From: Actinomycetes bacterium
GTDB taxonomy: Bacteria > Actinomycetota > Acidimicrobiia > Acidimicrobiales > JAKAVM01
DNA: 64,000 bases
Assembly (NCBI GenBank): GCA_021827485.1
Contig: JAKAVM010000052.1
Coordinates: 7,084-71,083 of the forward strand
Direction: 5' to 3'
Shown here: positions 18,793-26,895 of the stretch, in pieces
Layout: the number at the start of each line of letters is the position of its first letter
How positions within the stretch are numbered: position 1 is the first letter of the stretch
Made by a program: the position numbers and the translations under genes
Notes under the pieces: model-generated
Seen by the model: only the letters and a program-made list of their open reading frames with translations
Told to the model about the DNA's origin: nothing
The model's database searches: none

Positions 18793-20660
18793 AAACTGTA
18801 AGAAAAACCTCCTTGGCTCTAGTTCTTTCTATTGCAACTATTCTTACGTTGGCTTTGATGCCAACCCTCGCACCAACTTCGGCCCTCGCACCAACTTCGG
18901 CCCTCGCACCAACTTCGGCCCTCGCACCTGCGTCGGCCCTCGCTTCTCCCTCTTGGCCACATGGATCAAGCGTAGCTAAAGCACACGGATTACCTAGTGG
19001 GGTACAGAGTTGGCCGGAAGTGATATACGGACATGACGGATACAGTCAAGCAACCTGTTCAGGAACTGATGCCCTTGGGTACAGTGTCTTCGCTCCAAGC
19101 GCACCAGGACCACATCCAATTGTATTTGGAATTACTGGGACCGGCTTCAAAGGATCGGCCGGATGTATATCGGGATCCAACCCGCCTGAACCAGTCTATA
19201 CTTCGATGAATTGGCTGATGGCCCAGTGGGCGCAAGCGGGATATGTTGCTGTAAACATTGAGTACCACGGATATACAAATGGTCTCTACGGTGACGTCAC
19301 TTATCCCGGTATAGGCAAGTGGGGAAATATCGCTGATGGTACCGTACAGCTCGATATCAAACCGGCGATTCAGTACTTTCTTTCCAATAACCCATCTCAA
19401 TATGGTGCCGATCCTGCATCAGGAATAGTTGTATTTGGTGGATCATCAGGAGCACACGATGCGTACATGGTTGCGGCCACTGGAATTCCAAATGTGACCG
19501 TTAACGCAGTTGTTGGATGGTCAGGACTTCCGGATGTGAGCCTTGCTGGCTCGTATCCCGAATCTGTATTTGACCAATATATGCAGACAACTCCCGGCAC
19601 CGATGTCGAGAACTTTGGAGATCCGGACCATCGAATTAACTCGTCAATGCCACCACAGTACGTTGCTAATGGTCTTACTGAGTTTATTAACGTTCAAAAC
19701 GCTCAATCTTATGCTAACGACCTTAACAAAGCTGGCATCACAGAGTGGTTACGCATTCCAAATACCTCTGAGCATGCAACAGCCTATGCGGGTTACACTT
19801 TCACCGGACAGAGTCCTGAAGTTTCCCAACCTGCAGCGTCGGTCGGTACGAGTGTCACGCAGGATTCTATCAACTTTGCTAATCAGTACGTGAGAAATTC
19901 GGCCCCTCCACCTTCAAACAGTCCTGGCTACTGGATGCTCGCGTCCGACGGAACAGTTTACGCATTTGGTTCCGCAAAATCTTATGGCAATGCAACTGCT
20001 CTCTCGTCGGCAGCGGCGTTTGCCCCTACTCCCGATGGAAAGGGCTACTGGATTGCCTCTCCCGACGGATCCGTCGAGGCGTTTGGAGATGCAAGCGCTT
20101 ATCCACAGCCAGCTAATATATCCGGTACCGTTGTATCCATCGCCAGCACTGGCGACGGAAAAGGATATTGGATTACCACTTCAACGGGTCAACTGATTAC
20201 GGCTGGAGATGCGATTTCGTATGGGAGTGCACCTTCCAAACTAAATGCTGCAATTATTGACATGGCACCTACTCCTGATGGGGAAGGATATTGGATGCTC
20301 GGGGCCGATGGTGGAGTCTTTGCTTTTGGTGACGCAGGATTTTACGGTTCTACTGGGAATATCCATCTCGTTTCTCCGGCAAATGGCATCGCTCCAACCC
20401 CCGACGGCAAGGGTTACTGGTTTGTCGCTACTGATGGTGGTGTCTTTGCGTTTGGTGATGCAGGATTTTACGGTTCGATGGGAGGCAAGACTCTTAACAA
20501 ACCAGTCGAAAAAATGGTAGCGACTACTGACGGGAAAGGTTACTGGCTCGCAGGTTCAGATGGTGGAGTCTTTGCTTTTGGTGATGCAGGATTCGTAGGT
20601 TCCCTGGGGGCAGATCCCCCTGCAACTCCTATCGTCGCCTTCGATCCATCGTTATCTTGA
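18789..20660 (+). CDS. Secreted alpha/beta-hydrolase (esterase/lipase-like) fused to 7 C-terminal GYW repeats
   Basis: A signal peptide is followed by the (LAPTSA)n repeat. The G-x-S-x-G motif lies in VVFGGSSGAHD. The PPPS linker is followed by seven GYW repeats collinear with those of 11653..15798. Confidence 0.75.
   Translation: MKTVRKTSLALVLSIATILTLALMPTLAPTSALAPTSALAPTSALAPASALASPSWPHGSSVAKAHGLPSGVQSWPEVIYGHDGYSQATCSGTDALGYSVFAPSAPGPHPIVFGITGTGFKGSAGCISGSNPPEPVYTSMNWLMAQWAQAGYVAVNIEYHGYTNGLYGDVTYPGIGKWGNIADGTVQLDIKPAIQYFLSNNPSQYGADPASGIVVFGGSSGAHDAYMVAATGIPNVTVNAVVGWSGLPDVSLAGSYPESVFDQYMQTTPGTDVENFGDPDHRINSSMPPQYVANGLTEFINVQNAQSYANDLNKAGITEWLRIPNTSEHATAYAGYTFTGQSPEVSQPAASVGTSVTQDSINFANQYVRNSAPPPSNSPGYWMLASDGTVYAFGSAKSYGNATALSSAAAFAPTPDGKGYWIASPDGSVEAFGDASAYPQPANISGTVVSIASTGDGKGYWITTSTGQLITAGDAISYGSAPSKLNAAIIDMAPTPDGEGYWMLGADGGVFAFGDAGFYGSTGNIHLVSPANGIAPTPDGKGYWFVATDGGVFAFGDAGFYGSMGGKTLNKPVEKMVATTDGKGYWLAGSDGGVFAFGDAGFVGSLGADPPATPIVAFDPSLS
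18867..18938. repeat. 18-bp in-frame tandem repeat ctcgcaccaacttcggcc x3 perfect plus 1 degenerate copy (encodes LAPTSA)
   Basis: Read directly, just after the signal-peptide hydrophobic core. Confidence 0.9.
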
Positions 20661-20704
20661 ACGCGCCAGCTGGCCACAACCGCCTTAGTCCACGGCGGGG
20701 AAGT

Positions 20705-21421
20705 TCAATCGGAAACTCGTTTGCGTTTGCGCACCACCTGAACGATCACCACAACAACACAAGCCAGAAAAAACAATATAAAAGCAAGCTGGCCCAAACT
20801 AAATGCGCCTCCCGAAGAACTAGAACTAGTTGAGTTGCCGGAACCAGAGCTAACTCCTGACAACTTCAAGTACTGAAGCTGTGCAAAATCTGCTGTTCCC
20901 GAAGCACCCACGACCGGGTCAGCGGTTGCAATCATAACCAAATAATTGCCACTTAGTTCAGCAACTCTCCAAGTTTCTGTTCCGTGAATGATCCCTGCTG
21001 AAGTCACAGCGCCTGGAACACCTGGAATATTGAATGAGCTTCCTGAAGTAGCACCCGCCGCCCCTTGTAGCATCTGCTGGGCCACATTGGGAGACGGAGT
21101 TTCGAAGATGGCGTCTGTAAAGTTGTGGGATGTGTTAGCCCATTGGCGCATGTATAGTGATGCGTTTGCTTGTGCAGCGTACTTCTCAAAGCCTTCAACG
21201 ACACTAAGCGTCGTTGGATCGAGACCCGATAGACTAGTGTGAGAAGTCACTAGACCATTTAGTGGGCCAGGTGGGGAAAGCACTAAGGAAGGATCGGCTG
21301 AAACTGTACCAGGCATCAGAGAATCTATATTGCTGGCGTAGGCGCTCGCAGCAGTCAAAGAACCTACAGCAACCAAGAGAAAGAATAGGATAAGGATACG
21401 CACAAGTCGAAAGTGGCTCAC
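20705..21421 (-). CDS. Secreted hypothetical protein with a Ser/Gly-rich stalk, C-terminal TM helix and basic tail
   Basis: The N-terminal signal is LILFFLLVAVGSLTAASAYA. The C-terminus is SSSSSGGAFSLGQLAFILFFLACVVVVIVQVVRKRKRVSD. Confidence 0.6.
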   Translation of the reverse strand: MSHFRLVRILILFFLLVAVGSLTAASAYASNIDSLMPGTVSADPSLVLSPPGPLNGLVTSHTSLSGLDPTTLSVVEGFEKYAAQANASLYMRQWANTSHNFTDAIFETPSPNVAQQMLQGAAGATSGSSFNIPGVPGAVTSAGIIHGTETWRVAELSGNYLVMIATADPVVGASGTADFAQLQYLKLSGVSSGSGNSTSSSSSGGAFSLGQLAFILFFLACVVVVIVQVVRKRKRVSD

Positions 21422-21434
21422 TAAATCAACCCGA

Positions 21435-22040
21435 TCAGGAGGCGAACTTTAGCGTCGCGATAAATGTGTTGAACGCTGAATCGGCGCTACCCGATGCGTT
21501 AGCAGCTGAGATCAGATAAAGTATTCCATTTCTATATACGCTGGCGACCTTAAACGCACCAGCACTACCTGGAATAATTGCGGTTTCTGAAGGAGAGCCT
21601 TGGAACGTACCAGACGTTTCGTGAGTCACTGTTGCCTGGCCTTGTGAGATGCTCGACGCGAATGAAGTTATCGCTTGAGACAACATTCCACTGACGTCAC
21701 TACTTACAGCTTGCTGAATGCTTCCCGGAAGTACCATATAGGATATTTCAAAAAAATAGTTCTGATTTGAGTCGGTGCTTGCGGCGGTGTAATTAACTTC
21801 GGTAACAGTAGTTCCCGACTGTGTTCTTGGAGTTGAAGTCTTTTTTGGAGTTTGGGGCATATCGACGCTGAACTGACCGACGGAATCGGTCACTGGCGTG
21901 TTCAGACTAAACGATGCACTAGCTGACTTCCTCGCCGAAGAAGTAGATCCTGACCCTGAACCAGACGAACATCCTGATGCCAAAAGGCTTATGGCGAGTA
22001 TTGCGGCCGATGCTGCCAGTGGACGTGACAAGCGATTCAT
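21435..22040 (-). CDS. Hypothetical lipoprotein
   Basis: The lipobox is LLASGCSSGS. It sits 13 nt downstream of 20705..21421's neighbour arrangement on the same strand. Confidence 0.6.
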   Translation of the reverse strand: MNRLSRPLAASAAILAISLLASGCSSGSGSGSTSSARKSASASFSLNTPVTDSVGQFSVDMPQTPKKTSTPRTQSGTTVTEVNYTAASTDSNQNYFFEISYMVLPGSIQQAVSSDVSGMLSQAITSFASSISQGQATVTHETSGTFQGSPSETAIIPGSAGAFKVASVYRNGILYLISAANASGSADSAFNTFIATLKFAS

Positions 22041-22244
22041 ATGTTTTTGATACCTCCGGTTATTGGGAATGGAATAAGTGCTGAACGCACCTTAGGCCGC
22101 TAACGTGCTCCAAGTCCCCAGGGGAATCCACGGTTGCTACCCTAGTACCACAACGTCCTTGAAGCGCCCGTAATCAGGGGAACGGCAAGGGTTTGCCCTG
22201 GGGTAGTCTGCTGATTATTCAGAGATAATATCTGGGATGCAAAC

Positions 22245-22622
22245 ATGATCAACGAAGAGTCTGTGCCGTCAGGTACTGGTGGGAATACAACATTCAATGC
22301 CCTTGCCTGGCGCCAGGAAAAAGGTCTGATGAAATTCGAGTCTGGAGAGTTGAGAATCGAAAGTCAATTTCTTGGATTCCAAGGTTCCAACGGTACTCTG
22401 ATCAATGAGCCTATCTCCGGGATCACTGCAAAGATGCAAGTTGGTGCAACAGGTGTCGTCATTACCATCAGGGGAGAACGGCATACCTTCACATTCGCCG
22501 AGCCTAAAGACGGAGGTCCGGTACTGCTGCGAATAATCGGACTTGGCCGAACATTTCAGGCATTTAAGGCCGCAGAAATTGGTCGAGCCTTTGAAGAAGC
22601 GCTCACAAATAGCCAGCGGTGA
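22245..22622 (+). CDS. Small hypothetical protein (true start may be MKFESGEL at 22329)
   Basis: 125-aa ORF with no recognised motif. The upstream leader looks structured (see findings). Confidence 0.4.
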   Translation: MINEESVPSGTGGNTTFNALAWRQEKGLMKFESGELRIESQFLGFQGSNGTLINEPISGITAKMQVGATGVVITIRGERHTFTFAEPKDGGPVLLRIIGLGRTFQAFKAAEIGRAFEEALTNSQR

Positions 22623-22717
22623 AAGTAAGACGTTAACTCCCCGACCAACAACTGGCTATGAAATCAAAAACATTCAAGCGCCGACCAAGGACCGACCATG
22701 AAAGCAAGAAACCTTGC

Positions 22718-25435
22718 TCATCTCTCCCTTCCACTGGAGAGAATGGAAATGAGCTGAGACCTCGATGAGATGTTGAGTTTCATATAAATATTGCGCAGGT
22801 GGTACTCGATAGTTTTTACACTTAGAAACATCTTTTCAGCAATTTCTCGATTAGATAGTCCCGATCGCACGTTTCGTGCCACCATTGTCTCTTGAGGTGT
22901 TAATACTAGAGCCACAGAAGTGCGCTCACCCGGGAATGGTATCCCAGCGCCCTCAAATATACTTCGGGTAAGTTCCACGTAGGCAGTTGCACCCATCGCT
23001 GCGAACTCATCAAGAGCACGATCTAAGTACTTGCGGCCTCTTACTTGGTTCTTAGCTCCCAATAAGGCCTGCCCAAATGCCATTACCGAACGCGCTTGTT
23101 CCAATCGTGCCCCGATTTTATCGTATAGATCAATAGCAATATTGAAATTACTTGCTGCTTCCTCCATACTGCCTTGCGCTGCGTAAAGCACCCCGCGGGT
23201 TCTGGCACAAGCTGCAAGTGCCCAAGGTCGTGGGTAGGAGATAAGTAATGCATCGATTTGCCCCAAGACTTTTTCTGCTTCGTCAAGTTGAGCAGTTGCA
23301 ATTAGAGCATCCGCGTGGATAGTGATAAAAAGATGGACACCTGGATCCAAACGCACCATTGAGGAAAAATCGATCAGAGATGCAGCCTCAAGTAATTCTT
23401 CAGAGTTATTACGCGCATAAGCAATTGATGCCAAAGCGGTTGCAGCCTCCAGTACGTGAATTTCAAGCCCCGTTTTCGATGCAGAGGCCATCGACCTTGC
23501 TGCCGACTCACTCGCAAGATTCCATTCGCCACGAGCCGCCAACGGCAATGTCGCTACCGCGTATACATCTGGGGCAAAAAACGATCCTCGCAGTTCGTCT
23601 GCCGAGGTAGTACAGAGTTCCGCCCACGAGGAAGCTTCCTCTAAACGTCCGACTCGATAAGCCGTTTCGCTTAGATAGACAGCTACCATGAGGCGATTCA
23701 TCGGAGCATCTGATTTTTCCCAAGCTGATTGAAGTACGTTGTACGAAGTTTGCATCGACCCTGCTACAAGTTCCAGAACTCCAAGCATAAGCTGAACATC
23801 CAAGGATACTGCATTGCTTTCCATCGCTCTGCGAGATGTATCATTTCCAACAGCTTGGCCTGCTCGTTCGCGTGCCGCTTCAAGAGCTTGATCAGTCAAT
23901 CCCGCCAAGAGACTTGCCGATAGCTCAGTAGCACTCAGTGCGGACTTCAAAGAAGGATCGCCCTCTGCAAGATCGTGGGCTTTGCTAAGCCAAATCCCAG
24001 CACGCTGAGAGTCAAGCGAGTAAATCTCAATTCCAGCTAAGTTTAGTGCTGCTATCGAACCGACATGGGCAAGGCCTGAATTAGCCGACCCGCCTTGAAA
24101 GGCAGATTCCAAGAGAGTTCGAGCTATTTCAATCTTGCATTCAGATAGGTAGATAAGCCCACATACCAGATCCCGCCACGGGCCTGGTTCGCTTGACTCC
24201 AGAGTTTGTTTCCAGGAAACAGCGCTAGGGGTATCCCCCTCTACTATGGCACAAAAAGCGCTCAGACATGCTCTTCTACTCCTTCTTTCACCATCCTTGC
24301 TCAATTCAAAGGCTTGAGCAAAATAGCCTGACACGATTGATAGACCAGCTCCACCTGATTGTGAATGACCCATTGAGCCAAGCATCTCAAATACAGCCAG
24401 GTTCTCTATCTCATCACCAAGTTCCTCATCGACTCCCACGGTTGCCGCAACGCGATGAGCAATACTGATTTCCACTGAAGCGCAGGTGAGCGCAGCTCTA
24501 TTGTGAAGTGCAAAACGCTGCGAGGCTACAATACCTCCGTAGACAGCGGCATGTGCGAGTGCATGTGGAAATGTAAGTTCCCGACCTTGGCTACCTGGAA
24601 TCGCTTCGAGTAGACGTCCGTCGAGCGCTTCGCCAACGCAGGATTCACACTCAGTAATCTCCGCAAGGTCACTTGCTTGCCAAGCACGAAAGCGTTGTCC
24701 TAGAACTGCCCCAGCCTCAATAAAAGCGCGCGTTTGGGAGGAGCATCGGTCAAGTCGACGAGACACTACATGGGCAAGTGACCGAGGGGCCGGGAGAGCT
24801 CCGCGACCTTCCATAAACGGTTCAGCCCCGATCTCTTCGAGCAAGGCACGAGCATGAATTGGATCTCCACCGGTATGAAGGCGAAGGCGCCGAGCACCGT
24901 TTGTGTCAAGCTGCACCCCAGTAATTGTGAGGCTAAGTTTCGCAAGTTCACTAGATGAGAGTCCTTTTAAAACTATCTTATCGACGTAGGATTCATCCAT
25001 AAGTCGCTGCCAACCATCCGTCAGCATGGCCAATTCCTCGCTACGAGCACTGGCAAGAACTAGGACCTGATCATGAGTAGATCTTCGTAAAGCAAAAAGA
25101 AGCGAGTCCGCTGAAAGTTTATCCATCCAAGGCAGATCATCAATCAAGATAAGAAGAGTGCCATAGACCTCCAAATTCCCGAAAGTTTCGAGTAGACTTG
25201 CACCGATCGCCAACGAATCGGCACTTTCTGAGCGTTCGGGAATGGCTGCGCACTGGCTTTGAAGTTTTTCAGGTACACTCGCTATCAGTTGGTGAAGTAT
25301 CCCCAATTGAATTAATGATTCCTCTTCGTACCCTTGAGCTCTTAGGCATATCACACCTCCGCTTCGAAGAGAAAACTCTCTCATTAAAGATGTCTTTCCT
25401 ACTCCTGCGTTTCCGCTCACCAATGCAATCTGCAT
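22718..25435 (-). CDS. LuxR-family large ATP-binding (LAL/MalT-like) regulator
   Basis: The Walker A motif is GNAGVGKTS, followed by a long helical/TPR-like region. The C-terminal LuxR HTH is LTPQETMVARNVRSGLSNREIAEKMFLSVKTIEYHLRNIYMKL. The conserved N-terminal GREFVGRHKEISLL is encoded upstream of the first canonical start (see findings). Confidence 0.8.
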   Translation of the reverse strand: MQIALVSGNAGVGKTSLMREFSLRSGGVICLRAQGYEEESLIQLGILHQLIASVPEKLQSQCAAIPERSESADSLAIGASLLETFGNLEVYGTLLILIDDLPWMDKLSADSLLFALRRSTHDQVLVLASARSEELAMLTDGWQRLMDESYVDKIVLKGLSSSELAKLSLTITGVQLDTNGARRLRLHTGGDPIHARALLEEIGAEPFMEGRGALPAPRSLAHVVSRRLDRCSSQTRAFIEAGAVLGQRFRAWQASDLAEITECESCVGEALDGRLLEAIPGSQGRELTFPHALAHAAVYGGIVASQRFALHNRAALTCASVEISIAHRVAATVGVDEELGDEIENLAVFEMLGSMGHSQSGGAGLSIVSGYFAQAFELSKDGERRSRRACLSAFCAIVEGDTPSAVSWKQTLESSEPGPWRDLVCGLIYLSECKIEIARTLLESAFQGGSANSGLAHVGSIAALNLAGIEIYSLDSQRAGIWLSKAHDLAEGDPSLKSALSATELSASLLAGLTDQALEAARERAGQAVGNDTSRRAMESNAVSLDVQLMLGVLELVAGSMQTSYNVLQSAWEKSDAPMNRLMVAVYLSETAYRVGRLEEASSWAELCTTSADELRGSFFAPDVYAVATLPLAARGEWNLASESAARSMASASKTGLEIHVLEAATALASIAYARNNSEELLEAASLIDFSSMVRLDPGVHLFITIHADALIATAQLDEAEKVLGQIDALLISYPRPWALAACARTRGVLYAAQGSMEEAASNFNIAIDLYDKIGARLEQARSVMAFGQALLGAKNQVRGRKYLDRALDEFAAMGATAYVELTRSIFEGAGIPFPGERTSVALVLTPQETMVARNVRSGLSNREIAEKMFLSVKTIEYHLRNIYMKLNISSRSQLISILSSGRER

Positions 25436-25600
25436 ATTGGAAGAGCGGGCTTGCTCAAGTAGTCCATTGAGCAGAGAAATCTCTTTATGCCGTCCTACGA
25501 ACTCTCTGCCAGTAGAATATCTGATTGCGATTCACCTTTCGATTAATTGTACACGCGAACACCCCCGTCTATCGCAACTACACTCTCAATTTATACCAAT

Positions 25601-25756
25601 CTAATACAATTTGATCCCTTCCTTCGGGAGGACTTCTGCCATATTCACAGAAGCAATGAGGGCTCCTTCAGCGTCAATCGCATCTCTAACCACTTCTGCT
25701 CCAGGTTCCAAATGCCAAAGCGCAAGCAGCGCAGAAGCGTCCAGTACTACCGCCAC
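25601..25756 (-). pseudogene. Truncated PIN-domain (VapC) remnant, 51 codons
   Basis: Hand translation from the GTG at 25756 gives VAVVLDASALLALWHLEPGAEVVRDAIDAEGALIASVNMAEVLPKEGIKLY*. This is only the N-terminal third of a PIN domain. It starts 1 nt after the antitoxin stop. Confidence 0.6.
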
Positions 25757-25757
25757 T

Positions 25758-26030
25758 TTAGGAAGCGTCTTCGCAAGCTTGTTCTGCGCGCCGCTCTGCT
25801 ATGAACTCATCGACAACCGAACGGCCCAGAGGCGAGGTGTCAACGTAGGCACCATATCCGCCGAATAGCTTCAGCACGTCACTCTCGCAGGGATCGACTA
25901 CCTTGGAGAGCGGAACAATCTCAACGACTGGCAGCCCGTGATCTGTAACAACCGCTGGTTTCCCGGAATTCGCTACCTCCTCGATGACAGCTCCAGTGCG
26001 TCGCGCAAGGTCTTCTATACTCACAGCCAT
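25758..26030 (-). CDS. Phd/YefM-type antitoxin (orphaned VapB-like)
   Basis: MAVSIEDLARRTGAVIEEVANSGKPAVVTDHGLPVVEIVPL. Confidence 0.65.
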   Translation of the reverse strand: MAVSIEDLARRTGAVIEEVANSGKPAVVTDHGLPVVEIVPLSKVVDPCESDVLKLFGGYGAYVDTSPLGRSVVDEFIAERRAEQACEDAS

Positions 26031-26051
26031 ACCTTTATATTACCGCATCGG

Positions 26052-26124
26052 TGGAGGTGAGCGGACTCGAACCGCCGACCCCTACGTTGCGAACGTAGTG
26101 CTCTACCAGCTGAGCTACACCCCC
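26052..26124 (-). tRNA. tRNA-Ala (anticodon CGC)
   Basis: I folded the cloverleaf by hand from GGGGGTG TA GCTC AGCTGGTA GAGC A CTACG TTCGCAA CGTAG GGGTC GGCGG TTCGAGT CCGCT CACCTCC A. The G3:U70 Ala identity pair is present. CCA is not encoded. Confidence 0.9.
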
Positions 26125-26251
26125 GTACCTGTTTGTATGCTAGTTCAAGTCTAGGAGTAGCTTCCACAGGGGGGGCATGGCTGGTGTTTATCGGGATGCT
26201 TGGCTGCGTGCTTGATTGAGACCGTGGCAGTAGGCCGGGGCTGCAACTCGA

Positions 26252-26758
26252 CTAAGTGCTTTGGCTAGGTGCTTGGTTGGTCAAGGCCACTCGGAGCCTC
26301 TCTTGGATTAGAGTCGTGGTCAAATCAGAGCGTGATCGTTCTACAACTGCTCTCAGCGCATCGGCACTACGCCTCAGCCCGCCAGTAATTGCATCTGGAT
26401 AGTCGACGGTAACTAAGAAATCAAAAGCACCCTCCATCGAGGCAAACAATTCGACTGCCCTTGTCGTCTGCCCATTGCGTAGTTCATCTAACATGCTTCG
26501 ACGCACTTCTGATGCGGCCTCAGCTAGACCATTGAGCCATGCAGCTACCCTAACGCCAATACTCTTATGGTTGGGTAATGTCTCTCCCGCCACTAGGCAG
26601 CGAGTCATGTACGCTTCAGCTACTTCTTTCTCTGCATCGTGCAAAAATCCTGCCCCCGCAATATCAGGAAATCCTCTAAGGGATTCTTGGGCCGAACGCA
26701 GGCAGGAAACCGCATTAGAAAGATGTGCATTGTATTGCGTGTCATTCTTCAAGTGCAC
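26252..26758 (-). CDS. Translin-family-like protein (putative nucleic-acid-binding)
   Basis: WLNGLAEAASEVRRSMLDELRNGQTTRAVELFASMEGAFDFLVTVDYPDAITGGLRRSADALRAVVERSRSDL resembles the translin core. The conserved-looking N-terminal helix lies upstream of the first canonical start (see findings). Confidence 0.45.
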   Translation of the reverse strand: MHLKNDTQYNAHLSNAVSCLRSAQESLRGFPDIAGAGFLHDAEKEVAEAYMTRCLVAGETLPNHKSIGVRVAAWLNGLAEAASEVRRSMLDELRNGQTTRAVELFASMEGAFDFLVTVDYPDAITGGLRRSADALRAVVERSRSDLTTTLIQERLRVALTNQAPSQST

Positions 26759-26895
26759 GGATCGTATCGCAAGGCTCGATTCCCGAATTGCCTTACGACA
26801 ATCGCCAAGCGCTGCCTCGCGGGCACTGTGAGCACCATCTAGCTCTTCACGAATAACGTTAGATAGGGTCTCTAAACTATCCTTGAGAGAGTCTT

